Source: Nitrospirota bacterium
GTDB lineage: Bacteria; Nitrospirota; JACRHJ01
Reading direction: 5' to 3'
NCBI GenBank assembly: GCA_963733375.1
Contig: CAVTDB010000025.1
Span: 1 to 64,000, forward strand
DNA: 64,000 nucleotides
The notes under the pieces were generated by a model. The model searched no databases and had not been told where the DNA came from. It worked only from the letters and a program-made list of their open reading frames with translations. Of this stretch, positions 1-8,643 are shown in pieces (within the stretch, counting starts at the first letter, position 1; every line of letters begins with the position of its first letter). A program made the translations under genes and the position numbers.

Positions 1-90
1 GTCGCGGGATTAGCTCTATGCGCTTCTCTGGAGAAATAACGAACGGAAAAAACAAACGACATGCCCGCAGTGAGTAACGGAAGTCAACCT

Positions 91-125
91 GTAATAGTTC
101 CCCTCCTCGGGAGGGGAACTATTAC
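91..125. terminator. Perfect 16-bp hairpin, probable terminator or REP-like palindrome
   Basis: GTAATAGTTCCCCTCC-TCG-GGAGGGGAACTATTAC just downstream of the minus-strand ORF ending at 141. Confidence 0.6.
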
Positions 126-140
126 CTTTATGCCTTACGC

Positions 141-308
141 TCAGGCTACCTTTTTTAGCAGGTCCTTTACGACCTCTTCTTCCACATGAAGGGTGTCTCT
201 GAATTGCTTTACATCGGTCTTAACGATTTCACCCCTCAGTTCTGATTCAAACGATTCGAGAACCTGTTTCAAAACCTCTTTTTCCTTTGCATCCAATTCG
301 AGTATCAT
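141..308 (-). CDS. Small acidic helical hypothetical protein (55 aa)
   Basis: ATG at 308 preceded by GGAGG SD; MILELDAKEKEVLKQVLESFESELRGEI...; ORF track extends it upstream to 392. Confidence 0.65.
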   Translation of the reverse strand: MILELDAKEKEVLKQVLESFESELRGEIVKTDVKQFRDTLHVEEEVVKDLLKKVA

Positions 309-504
309 AATAACCTCCTCCGTCTCACGTCTTAACATAAGTATATCATTTTTATGGGAAAATGCCAACCGAACGGGACGCCAGCGACGCAAGGAATTGG
401 AATAAAACCAACCGGCCCGGGCGCCCGCATGTTGAGTTATAATTATATTACAGACTTAAGCCAGGAGGCGCTTACAGGGCCATTTAACCATTGAAGGAGT
501 AGCC

Positions 505-752
505 ATGAAGAACCTGGAATTGACTTTGCCGGAGATCGGACTTATAGCTGGCACGCGCGGGATGCTGGGAGTGGAGTCGGTTTGTTACTGGCGGACAAAA
601 TCAACGACGACAGGCGAAAAGCCATCGGGTGGACACTGTTTATTATCGGGGCGCTTAGCACGATCCCGTTGGCGATAGAGGTGCTGGGGAAAAGACAAGG
701 CGAAACAGAAAAGGTATATAAGGCCGAACCCCGGCTTATGAAAGCAAGTTAA
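505..752 (+). CDS. Small membrane hypothetical protein, frameshifted near 570
   Basis: AAGGAG SD, then MKNLELTLPEIGLIAGTRGMLG, continuing in another frame as GLLLADKINDDRRKAIGWTLFIIGALSTIPLAIEVLGKR; two hydrophobic segments; absent from ORF track. Confidence 0.55.
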
Positions 753-890
753 AAAGCGTCACCTATAAGGAGAAAACCAGGGAGCACTAAGGTGCCGCCC
801 TCGGTACGACCATTTCGACCGTATCCGGTTGTAACGTCAACCTCGACGGCCCGCTATGATAATTATCTGTCCACTATCCTGAAATAAAAA

Positions 891-920
891 AAGGGCCTAT
901 GGCGCATGCCGTAAGCCCTT
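891..920. terminator. Hairpin terminator next to the att copy
   Basis: AAGGGCCTATGGC-GCAT-GCCGTAAGCCCTT flanked by an A-run and a T-run. Confidence 0.6.
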
Positions 921-925
921 GTTTT

Positions 926-973
926 TTTGGTGGAGCTGGGGGGGTTCGAACCCCCGACCTCTTGACTGCCAGT
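926..973 (-). repeat. att site: duplicated 3' part of tRNA-Ala(GGC)
   Basis: 48 bp identical to 8254-8301 (TTTGGTGGAG...GACTGCCAGT), spanning the CCA end to the anticodon loop. Confidence 0.95.
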
Positions 974-1100
974 TATAAACCACGGCATTTTGATTTGATT
1001 CAGTCGAATTTAGTCCCGCTATATTACCTTGAAAATCAAAGCATAATATCCTAACCTAACAGTTGATTGGGCGTTGTCCGGTTGAGTGTGCTCATGCGGT

Positions 1101-1121
1101 TTAGCACAAAATTAGCCCATT
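1101..1121 (+). repeat. Putative integrase arm-type site, left copy
   Basis: TTAGCACAAAATTAGCCCATT matches 8188-8208 at 20/21 positions; internal 11-bp tandem. Confidence 0.65.
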
Positions 1122-1301
1122 CATTAACCATGGGGTATACCCCTACTCACCCTGTGGGGGAGCGCTAAAGAGGCCTGTCCTGTGTCGAATAGCGCATGCG
1201 CGTTTTTAACGCCCGCGAAAATTTTGGCCTGTAAACTGCAAGTGTTGTAGAAGTCCAAGGAAGAGAAGGAGGCTCATGATGAGATAGAGACAGAGCACCC
1301 A

Positions 1302-1385
1302 TTATTCCTTGGCTGACCCCGCACGCGTTTTATTGTGGTTTACATCCTCCACGGCAATATAAAGCTCATACTCGTTATGCTCCAT
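1302..1385 (-). pseudogene. IS481-family transposase fragment
   Basis: MEHNEYELYIAVEDVNHNKTRAGS resembles the IS481 core segment HEYELYLAVEDIDHxRTK-SPQTNG (recognised by eye). Confidence 0.6.
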
Positions 1386-1505
1386 TTGACCGCCTGAAAG
1401 TCTCTAAATTGCCCGAAAGTCGTGTTAGCATACCTTGTATCCTGGCCCGTCTACATTTCTCCTTACCGTGATTTAAAAGTCGCGCCTTTTAATGGCTAAA
1501 AAAGT

Positions 1506-2906
1506 TCAGGGAATAACAACAGGACTAGTTGTCGTTGGCGCCTCAGCGGCTGATTTCTGTTTGTCGATGAGAAGTGAAATGAGCGATAGTATATGCATCG
1601 AATTGTCTGCGTCACAACCCCACTCGTCATTGTCAGATTTCAAACGCGGTATAACGTACGTGGGGTTTTTGATTTTATTTTGTCCGTAACCGACGGCTGC
1701 AAAGAAGGGCTTATCAGGGTCTATTTCAGCTATCTGAGGCGCCTTAGGGTTTTTCTCATTTTGAATGTCTATTTTTTTATTGATTTTTACAATATCCTCT
1801 GCTTTACAGGCAATAAATAGCGGGACCTTTTTCCCGCAAGGAAGTGTAATCGTAGCAATATCGCCGTCAGGTTTAGCATCGGCGCGCGTTAATTCGCCCA
1901 AGTAATACAACATTTCTTCCGGAGATCTAAGGATGACGTATATTGTATCCAAGTCTACTGATCTTTCACCATCAGGCTCATGAATGCTTCCGTCTTCTGC
2001 CACAACCTTCGCAATTTTGTTACCATTACGCATGAAATAATAATCGGTTTCTTCCTTGTATATTTGATACCCATCATGCTCCTTAGTTGGCTCAAGAATT
2101 AACCCAGCCTTTTTAGCTCCATCGGCAATATCTTTTAGCTCCGCTACTTTTGCTACTAGTTCATTCCGAAGTCCCTTTTTGGGAACATTCCCAGTATAAT
2201 TTTGAAGAACTATTTTAGGACCGATTGGCGTCTTTTCTTTTTCGCTTACTAATTCGCAATCCGAATATTTTCGAAGATTGCCTTGAAACGTCGAATATTG
2301 TTGAAAAGCAAGTGCTTCCCGATTTTGTTTATCCGTGGGAGGAGTATAAGATTCGGGATTATCTAATGAACCACTTACTGATAATTGTGAAGTCCGCTGT
2401 CTCTCATTTTTAGAGGGCTTCTTTTGAATTTTCATAGTCCGAACAAAAAGATTCAATAGAATCGCTGGCTGCCATCCCTCCTGCCAATAGTACTGAACAA
2501 TTCCCAAGTTCAAAGGTTTATACATCCCTGCAAGAAAGTCCTTTTTATCCCAAACAGCAATGGAGACTTGCGGAGTGGTCGAAAAGGTTCCTGTAGGAGC
2601 GAGAGAATATGCAGAAGTCGCGGCACCCATACGTCCGAATGGTATGGTTATGCTCCCGGTCCCAAGAGTATATGTTTCGTTTCCCGTAAATTGAGAAATA
2701 GAGGTAAAATACATGGGGCTGCGCTTGCTTGCACGCACGATATTAAGCAGGAGCATTTCATTTTGTGCCTTTTCAAGAACAGTATTATAGTCAACCGGAT
2801 CAACGGCTGATATTTCTCTCGGGGTCATTGCGGCACATCCGGCCAAAAAGCCTGCGAGGCTTAGCCCAAGGCATAACCTCAGTATGATTTGCAGCTTTGT
2901 TTTCAT
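1506..2906 (-). CDS. Uncharacterised lipoprotein (466 aa)
   Basis: Signal peptide with lipobox LAG-C; GGAGG SD; long intact ORF. Confidence 0.8.
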   Translation of the reverse strand: MKTKLQIILRLCLGLSLAGFLAGCAAMTPREISAVDPVDYNTVLEKAQNEMLLLNIVRASKRSPMYFTSISQFTGNETYTLGTGSITIPFGRMGAATSAYSLAPTGTFSTTPQVSIAVWDKKDFLAGMYKPLNLGIVQYYWQEGWQPAILLNLFVRTMKIQKKPSKNERQRTSQLSVSGSLDNPESYTPPTDKQNREALAFQQYSTFQGNLRKYSDCELVSEKEKTPIGPKIVLQNYTGNVPKKGLRNELVAKVAELKDIADGAKKAGLILEPTKEHDGYQIYKEETDYYFMRNGNKIAKVVAEDGSIHEPDGERSVDLDTIYVILRSPEEMLYYLGELTRADAKPDGDIATITLPCGKKVPLFIACKAEDIVKINKKIDIQNEKNPKAPQIAEIDPDKPFFAAVGYGQNKIKNPTYVIPRLKSDNDEWGCDADNSMHILSLISLLIDKQKSAAEAPTTTSPVVIP

Positions 2907-3142
2907 GACTTAACCTCCCATCATTTTTTTAGAAGAAATTCATTGGAACGTCTCGACATCAGAAAGTGGATGTAAGGCCCTCGCCCTTTTGCCTCCATTT
3001 CAAATAAGCTTAAACTGTATATTAAATCAAATCAAAAATCCCCAATTTCAGAGGCTGGCTTAACTTGCCGAACCCATCGCTCCATCCCACGTCTTACTGG
3101 TAGAGCTTGCGTTTCCACATCGAATCTACGACTAGCTTTTAA

Positions 3143-4219
3143 TCATGGTTTATTTAAATAAATATTCGCATCTCTTATGGCATCCATGACCTTTTTGTTA
3201 TTTTGAATATAATGCCTTGCCATTCGCAGGTTATATTTTTCGCTGAGACCTTGTAGTAATACACGATTTCTCGAAACAAGCTGGCGAAGTTTATCCTCCC
3301 CTGTATGATTATTTTGAATAGATAGAAGTGCATCATTAATGGATTCCGCCAATAGATTAACCATGATTATATGGTTTTGAAGGTTTCTTTCCCGGCACTG
3401 TACCGTCCTTTTTTTCTTGTCTGGCATATCCAGAAAAACCCCAAAGTCATATAGCCCTGTGGCATAAGTGGCACAACCACTGTTATCGGGTATCTTCATA
3501 CTATGACCATTGTATAGATTGCGTGCTTTGTTTTGGCCAATGGATCTTTTGGCCATTATAACGCTAAACACTAGTTCCCAGTCCATATCTGTATATTCCT
3601 CGTGGGGTGGTGTGTAGTAGCGGTCCTGGATGGCCACTATCTTTTGTTGTCTATTAAATACCATTCGAGCCGGCGGGTAAAGTGCGTCTCCGTAAATATG
3701 AAGTTTGATATAATTGAAAGAGTCATCGAAAAGGTTGTAGATATTTTTACCAGAAAATAATTGTTCTGAAAGAGACTGCGAGACAACGCCTGGTAAATCC
3801 TTGACCGGCAGCGCCCCCTCGATCTTAAATTTAAAAATATTTGAAAAACCACTGGGAAAAAGCAAAGCCTCAGCATACGGTCGTATCCGGATGCCGTCAA
3901 TTAGATCAAAAGAATTAATCCGAAAAGGAAGGGCGACTCTATATGGTTCCTGACGCTCCCATAGAGTGTAAGCTGGATGAATGTCATTGTATGTCTTCCA
4001 GAAAATGTTTTTCATTCTGAAATTTTTGCTGAACGGATACACGACAAAATCCTTGCCCGTTTCGGTTTCTATATTTTTGACGAGGTCATTATTATAGAGT
4101 GCTGGATCGCCAAGAAACTCAAAACCTTTGTGGTTATTGCCTTGAAATGGGGACAAGTCAAGCCAAAGGTCAAAGGCAATAACAAGGACGTTTATAGCTT
4201 TTTCCTGGTAAAGCAGCAT
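3143..4219 (-). CDS. Hypothetical soluble protein (358 aa)
   Basis: Long AT-rich ORF with GGAGG SD; no recognised motif. Confidence 0.75.
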   Translation of the reverse strand: MLLYQEKAINVLVIAFDLWLDLSPFQGNNHKGFEFLGDPALYNNDLVKNIETETGKDFVVYPFSKNFRMKNIFWKTYNDIHPAYTLWERQEPYRVALPFRINSFDLIDGIRIRPYAEALLFPSGFSNIFKFKIEGALPVKDLPGVVSQSLSEQLFSGKNIYNLFDDSFNYIKLHIYGDALYPPARMVFNRQQKIVAIQDRYYTPPHEEYTDMDWELVFSVIMAKRSIGQNKARNLYNGHSMKIPDNSGCATYATGLYDFGVFLDMPDKKKRTVQCRERNLQNHIIMVNLLAESINDALLSIQNNHTGEDKLRQLVSRNRVLLQGLSEKYNLRMARHYIQNNKKVMDAIRDANIYLNKP

Positions 4220-4429
4220 GGTGTTTATCCTCCAATTGACATATCTCTACGATTTAAATATAATAAAAAATGATAGAGCTTGCGCGCGTAGGTTTCGGCC
4301 TATACGCGCATATAACGAAGCCGGTTGCATGGGGTGACCCGGGCGAGCCCCAGTGTAAAATTCAACCCATATTTCACACGGGTATCCGGTTTCCCGCTTA
4401 AGGCCGCACAGCGAGGGCGGCCTGTTTAT

Positions 4430-5587
4430 TCAAGTAATCTCTATAAGGTTCTTTTCATCCTTATTTACCATGGAAGTTATCCCGGCCATCGGTATGTTTT
4501 TCATAGGCAAATTTCCGTTTGTAGGTTTTTCCCACGACTCGTCATCTTTTTTCTTCTCATAGCCGTTGATCACTTCAATATCGCTATCTGACAGCTTTTT
4601 TAGAAGTCTTGCAGTCTTATGGGTATTTATATTTATTTTAAAAAACGCAGCAACGCCGCGAATACATTTTCCAAGACATGAAGCTTCTCTGTTTTGCAAT
4701 GCATCTATCATTTTTTTTACATTACTTCCGCCTAGATTCGATAACCGGTATTGCGGCGGAAGCAGTATCACCTCTTTTGCGCCGCTCGTCTTTACTATGA
4801 GACCTAAAAATGTCCCTGTATCTTTAATGATGACTTCTGTAGGTATTGCTTTTACAGACCCTGTTTGCAATATGTATGTGGCCAATAATTCCCTAAGGCT
4901 CATTTTATCATTCGCGGGATACCGGTTATAAGATGGACGGAAAATATATCCCCCCAACAGCCCTAAACAGCAACCTACTACCGTATATAATATAAAATCT
5001 TTCAATAAATTACCGAACTCATAATGGAGTGTAGCCAAGGTTGCTCTCAAGAATAATAACAGCAAAACCGAGAGCGGGACAGCAACCCAGTATTCGTTGT
5101 CCGATATTACCTTTGGAAGAGGTGCGATTAACCCAAAGATGATAAGTGCGAAAAGTCCCGGGATTATATATTCAGCGAAAGATAACGGAATCCCTGATAT
5201 GATAACGTCTTCAATCGTTTTTTCCGCTTTAACCTGGAGAGTTCGAAACAATTGTCCCTGAATTTTTTCGCCTGGATTGGTGAACCATAAATATCGCACG
5301 TCAAATATTATGATGAGATCTTTAGACTTTGGGTGCTGTTGTTTTTGTAAAAAGACCTCAATAGTTTTATCGGCATAGGGTTGAATTTGAGTGATATGGT
5401 TTTGGAATTTCCCCTCCACTTTCAAACCGTAGTCATGAGTGGTAATCGATACGTCGCCGATAGGTTGACTGGTAATGTTTTTCAAGTGTATAAATACATT
5501 CTCGCCTTCATCACTTATTGATGTCTGTGTAGCAATGAGTTCGAACATCAAGCCCGTCATGAGGTGCCTGCGGCGGGGGTTGCGCAA
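4430..5587 (-). CDS. Hypothetical membrane protein (Ig-like beta region, about 3 TM helices, soluble C-terminus); start uncertain, possibly 5'-truncated
   Basis: Hydrophobic stretches IIPGLFALIIFGLIAPL, VAVPLSVLLLLFL, FILYTVVGCCLGLLGGYIF; composition changes abruptly near 5550. Confidence 0.7.
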   Translation of the reverse strand: MRNPRRRHLMTGLMFELIATQTSISDEGENVFIHLKNITSQPIGDVSITTHDYGLKVEGKFQNHITQIQPYADKTIEVFLQKQQHPKSKDLIIIFDVRYLWFTNPGEKIQGQLFRTLQVKAEKTIEDVIISGIPLSFAEYIIPGLFALIIFGLIAPLPKVISDNEYWVAVPLSVLLLLFLRATLATLHYEFGNLLKDFILYTVVGCCLGLLGGYIFRPSYNRYPANDKMSLRELLATYILQTGSVKAIPTEVIIKDTGTFLGLIVKTSGAKEVILLPPQYRLSNLGGSNVKKMIDALQNREASCLGKCIRGVAAFFKININTHKTARLLKKLSDSDIEVINGYEKKKDDESWEKPTNGNLPMKNIPMAGITSMVNKDEKNLIEIT

Positions 5588-6020
5588 AAGACTGCCCTAT
5601 GGGGAAGGAAGGTAATATCCCCAAACTTAATATGAGATATATTAGAAGATGTTTCAAAATCTTGGCCATATAAATTATACCAAACAAATTTTGACTTATG
5701 AGGGTTCCATATTCTTAAAGATTGTCGTTAGAAAATTCCACCCCCGATTCCAGATGCAGGCTAGCCTGACCAAAAACGGACCACGTCTTAATTGCAGGAA
5801 TGCGATAAGGCATTGCTGGAGTGGCTTTTCTTATGACAAGTGATAGCACTAGAGATGAGGTGTGTCAATTGACAGCCAGATTGAATCCGCCTAGATCGGC
5901 AAGTAGATATCCCCCTACCCGTCAAAACGCCAATAGTCGATGGTGTAGAGGCCCACATTCATGTCAAAATGCACAATATCTTTGGTTTTGAGCTTTTGGA
6001 TTGCGAATTAAGCTCTCATA

Positions 6021-6401
6021 GTGGCTTCATTGACAGAGAAATTGATGAGGTTTTACAAAAACCCAGCATTGGCCGAAGGATATACGGTTGCTGAAGCCGG
6101 AAGGATTGCCGGATATTCAGCGGCTACCCTTTCAAGTCAGGTCTATAAAAACGCCGAAAAAAGCCGAATCAAGCAAGCAGTTGAAGATATTCGTGAAAGA
6201 AACAGCCGCGCCTTTGAGCGTGCAGGATTTTCTCTCAAAGCCCGCATACAGAAGATCATAGAGATTGCCAACTGCACTAAACCCGTTGTAATCTCGAAGT
6301 GTTATGGTGCGGGCATGAGTGAATTTGTAACGCCCGATTATCATTCACAGCTTAGGGCTGTTAAAAAAGCGTGTGAACTATGCGGCGATTATCCTCATTA
6401 G
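6021..6401 (+). CDS. Phage terminase small subunit-like HTH protein
   Basis: N-terminal LTEKLMRF...G.TVAEAGRIAGYSAAT fits the TerS (Terminase_2) pattern LTxKQxxF...AAxxAGYSxxT. Confidence 0.65.
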   Translation: MASLTEKLMRFYKNPALAEGYTVAEAGRIAGYSAATLSSQVYKNAEKSRIKQAVEDIRERNSRAFERAGFSLKARIQKIIEIANCTKPVVISKCYGAGMSEFVTPDYHSQLRAVKKACELCGDYPH

Positions 6402-6452
6402 CATGGACGTTCAGCGCAAGAAGGGCGGGAAGCGCCGATTGTCCGAGGGACT

Positions 6453-7831
6453 CTAACGTACTGCCGGTATAAATTGTCCGCCCCTCGTGTTTATATAACC
6501 GTTAGGGCCTGCTGGAGTATAATATGTTCCATCACGGGTATTTACAAGCCCTTGACCAGCCGGAGCATAAAAGGTTCCGTCATATGGGTTAATTGCTCCG
6601 TGATTCTGTCCTTCTATCTCTTGAATGCCGAATCCAGGATAATATCGCCCGGATGGTCGAGGCATTGCGCGGGGTGATCGGTCTTGGTCCTCGGAAATTG
6701 ATCCATTTCTATCGCTGTCGTCGCTGGAAAGCTTATTGAGATACTTGTTGATAAGCTCCGCATTGGTGTGCGTTGGCGGCAAAACGGAATCGGGCAAATC
6801 TTCCGCTATGCCTGACGGCCTCACCATTCTATGCCTTGACCCCTCGTAGGATTCTATACCCACGCCTTTTTCCGCATTCGGCTCTTCTTTCATCGGGGCC
6901 AACAAAGCGTTTGCGGATTTCTCCTGCGGCGCAGCCAGGCCGGAGCCGGTTTTCAATTTGCCCCCACTGACGCCGTAATAGCCTGGCTGACCGTCATCCC
7001 CGTATCTGGTCCCGCCACGGCTTATTATGGCAGTCACGTTCCCGTTCTGGTTAAAAAACCGTTGCACTTGGGACGTTCCGCTTTCATTGGTTTTCGTGTT
7101 TATGTAAGCGCTCGCGGCACCCATCAATGCCTTAATACCATACTTATCCGCAGCGTTCACATTCGCGTCGTGCTCTATCAAGAATCGAACTGCATCCTCA
7201 TGGAGATTACGAGCCGCAACCATTAATGCCGTTGTGCCCTCCTTGTCCTTCGCTTCAATATTCGCACCTTTTTCAATCAGGATCTTCATGACATCTACGA
7301 AGCCGGGCCAAGCAGATTCTATCAATGCTGTATAGCCTTTATCGGTTTCCGCATTAACATCTGCACCCTTATCAAGCAAAATACGCACAACGTCTGTATG
7401 ATTGAAAAAAGCCGCAGACATCAATATCGTCCAGCCACTACCTTTTTTCGCATTTACTTCGGCACCATCGTCAATCAATAGCCGTGCAACGTCAGCATGG
7501 CCTTCCTGAGCGCAACAAACAACGCTGTCCCGCCAGCGCTATCCCTCTCATTAACGTTCGCACACTTATCTAATAAGCCTCGCACGGCGTCCGCATTACC
7601 TTGATACGCCGCAGACATTAACGCTGTCCAGTTATCCGAATACGTCCGTTTGACATCTCTTCCATTATCGTCAGGGGAAGGAGCCATACCGTTCATCCTA
7701 GGTTGAGCCTTATCAGCTGGAAGGCTCCAGCCCTTTCGTGACACAGGACTGTCTTCGCCAGCCGAAACGAAAGACGCTAAGATGAGGCAAGATGAAAATG
7801 CTAATACAATAAGCATAAATTTTTTTTTCAT
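6453..7831 (-). CDS. Secreted ankyrin-repeat protein, split by a frameshift near 7500
   Basis: Signal peptide MKKKFMLIVLAF; about 6 ankyrin repeats (GxTALMxAA...V+xLLxxGAxVN) across ORFs 7475-7831 and 6453-7478. Confidence 0.85.
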
Positions 7832-8010
7832 CTAAGCGCCCCATTTTTAGACAATTAATAAAAAAAGGGATAGTCTTACAGCGGTTTTCTTTGAAGAACC
7901 TTGCCCGTAAAAACTATCCCTAATGCCAATTTTCTTTATATTATAGCACCACAAAGTCAAAGTGTATAAGAATCAAGCATAAAACGCTTGACAATCTTAG
8001 CAATATTTCA

Positions 8011-8202
8011 TATGCAAGCCATTTAGTCATGGCAGGGATAGACCTAACCACGGTCAAGGAGCTATTGGGCCATAAAACGCTTACCATGACGCTCAGATAT
8101 GCTCACCTTGCACCCGCTCATAAAGTAAAGGCCCTTGAGGTCCTTGACGCGAGATTTGGACACAAGTCCCTCAATCCGGTAACGAAATTAGCCCAAAATT
8201 AG
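8011..8202 (+). pseudogene. Tyrosine recombinase/integrase C-terminal remnant
   Basis: YASHLVMAGIDLTTVKELLGHKTLTMTLRYAHL (LLGH motif and catalytic Tyr); the upstream HxLR box and N-terminus are missing. Confidence 0.9.
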
Positions 8203-8208
8203 CCCATT
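8188..8208 (+). repeat. Putative integrase arm-type site, right copy
   Basis: TTAGCCCAAAATTAGCCCATT, direct repeat of 1101-1121. Confidence 0.65.
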
Positions 8209-8217
8209 GGACAACAA

Positions 8218-8246
8218 AAGGGTTAGGCCGTTAAGCCTAACCCCTT
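8218..8246 (-). terminator. tRNA-Ala terminator supplied by the island
   Basis: GGGTTAGGC-CGTTAA-GCCTAACCC hairpin with a T-run on the minus strand. Confidence 0.7.
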
Positions 8247-8255
8247 GATTATATT

Positions 8256-8331
8256 TGGTGGAGCTGGGGGGGTTCGAACCCCCGACCTCTTGACTGCCAG
8301 TCAAGCGCGCTCCCAGCTGCGCCACAGCCCC
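8256..8331 (-). tRNA. tRNA-Ala (anticodon GGC)
   Basis: 76 nt, GGGGCTG...CAGCTCCACCA; anticodon arm CTTGA-CTGGCAG-TCAAG; G3:U70 pair; GTTCGAA T-loop; encoded CCA. Confidence 0.97.
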
Positions 8332-8351
8332 GTCTGGAATTTAAAATGGAA

Positions 8352-8381
8352 ATGTTAGCATCCGCGGGGCGTCCTTGTCAA
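8352..8381 (-). promoter_or_regulatory. Sigma70 promoter of tRNA-Ala
   Basis: TTGACA-N18-TAACAT with TGn extension. Confidence 0.65.
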
Positions 8382-8598
8382 GGTAAAAAAGCTTATTTCT
8401 TGCACCCCTGGCGTACATCGGAAGGCGGCCATATCTTCTCCGCATCAACGCTGAAGCTTCCCCTGCCGCAACATATATCTCCGGCGAGTTGGATTTTTAT
8501 CCGGGCTTCGGGGCCTGGGCATGAGCGATGGACGTTATATAACCGCGAGCACTGATGAGAGATAAATTGAATCCTTCATCCTGTTTCTGCTAAATAAA

Positions 8599-8625
8599 AA
8601 GGGCGGCGCATGATGCGCCGCCCTT
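8599..8625 (-). terminator. Intrinsic terminator after the cytochrome c gene
   Basis: AAGGGCGGCGCA/TGCGCCGCCCTT stem with a T-run on the minus strand. Confidence 0.8.
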
Positions 8626-8643
8626 AATTTACGATTTATTTTC

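Larger units (their letters stand above)
926..8301. mobile_element. Degenerate genomic island (prophage or satellite relic) integrated in tRNA-Ala
   Basis: Flanking direct repeats, integrase remnant next to the tRNA, TerS-like gene, visibly lower GC than the core region. Confidence 0.9.

Noticed and set aside
928-973. Second tRNA-Ala gene
   Set aside because: Only the 3' portion is present; it is the att duplication
5649-5843. 64-aa ORF in the island
   Set aside because: No clear SD or motif; cannot be distinguished from a chance ORF
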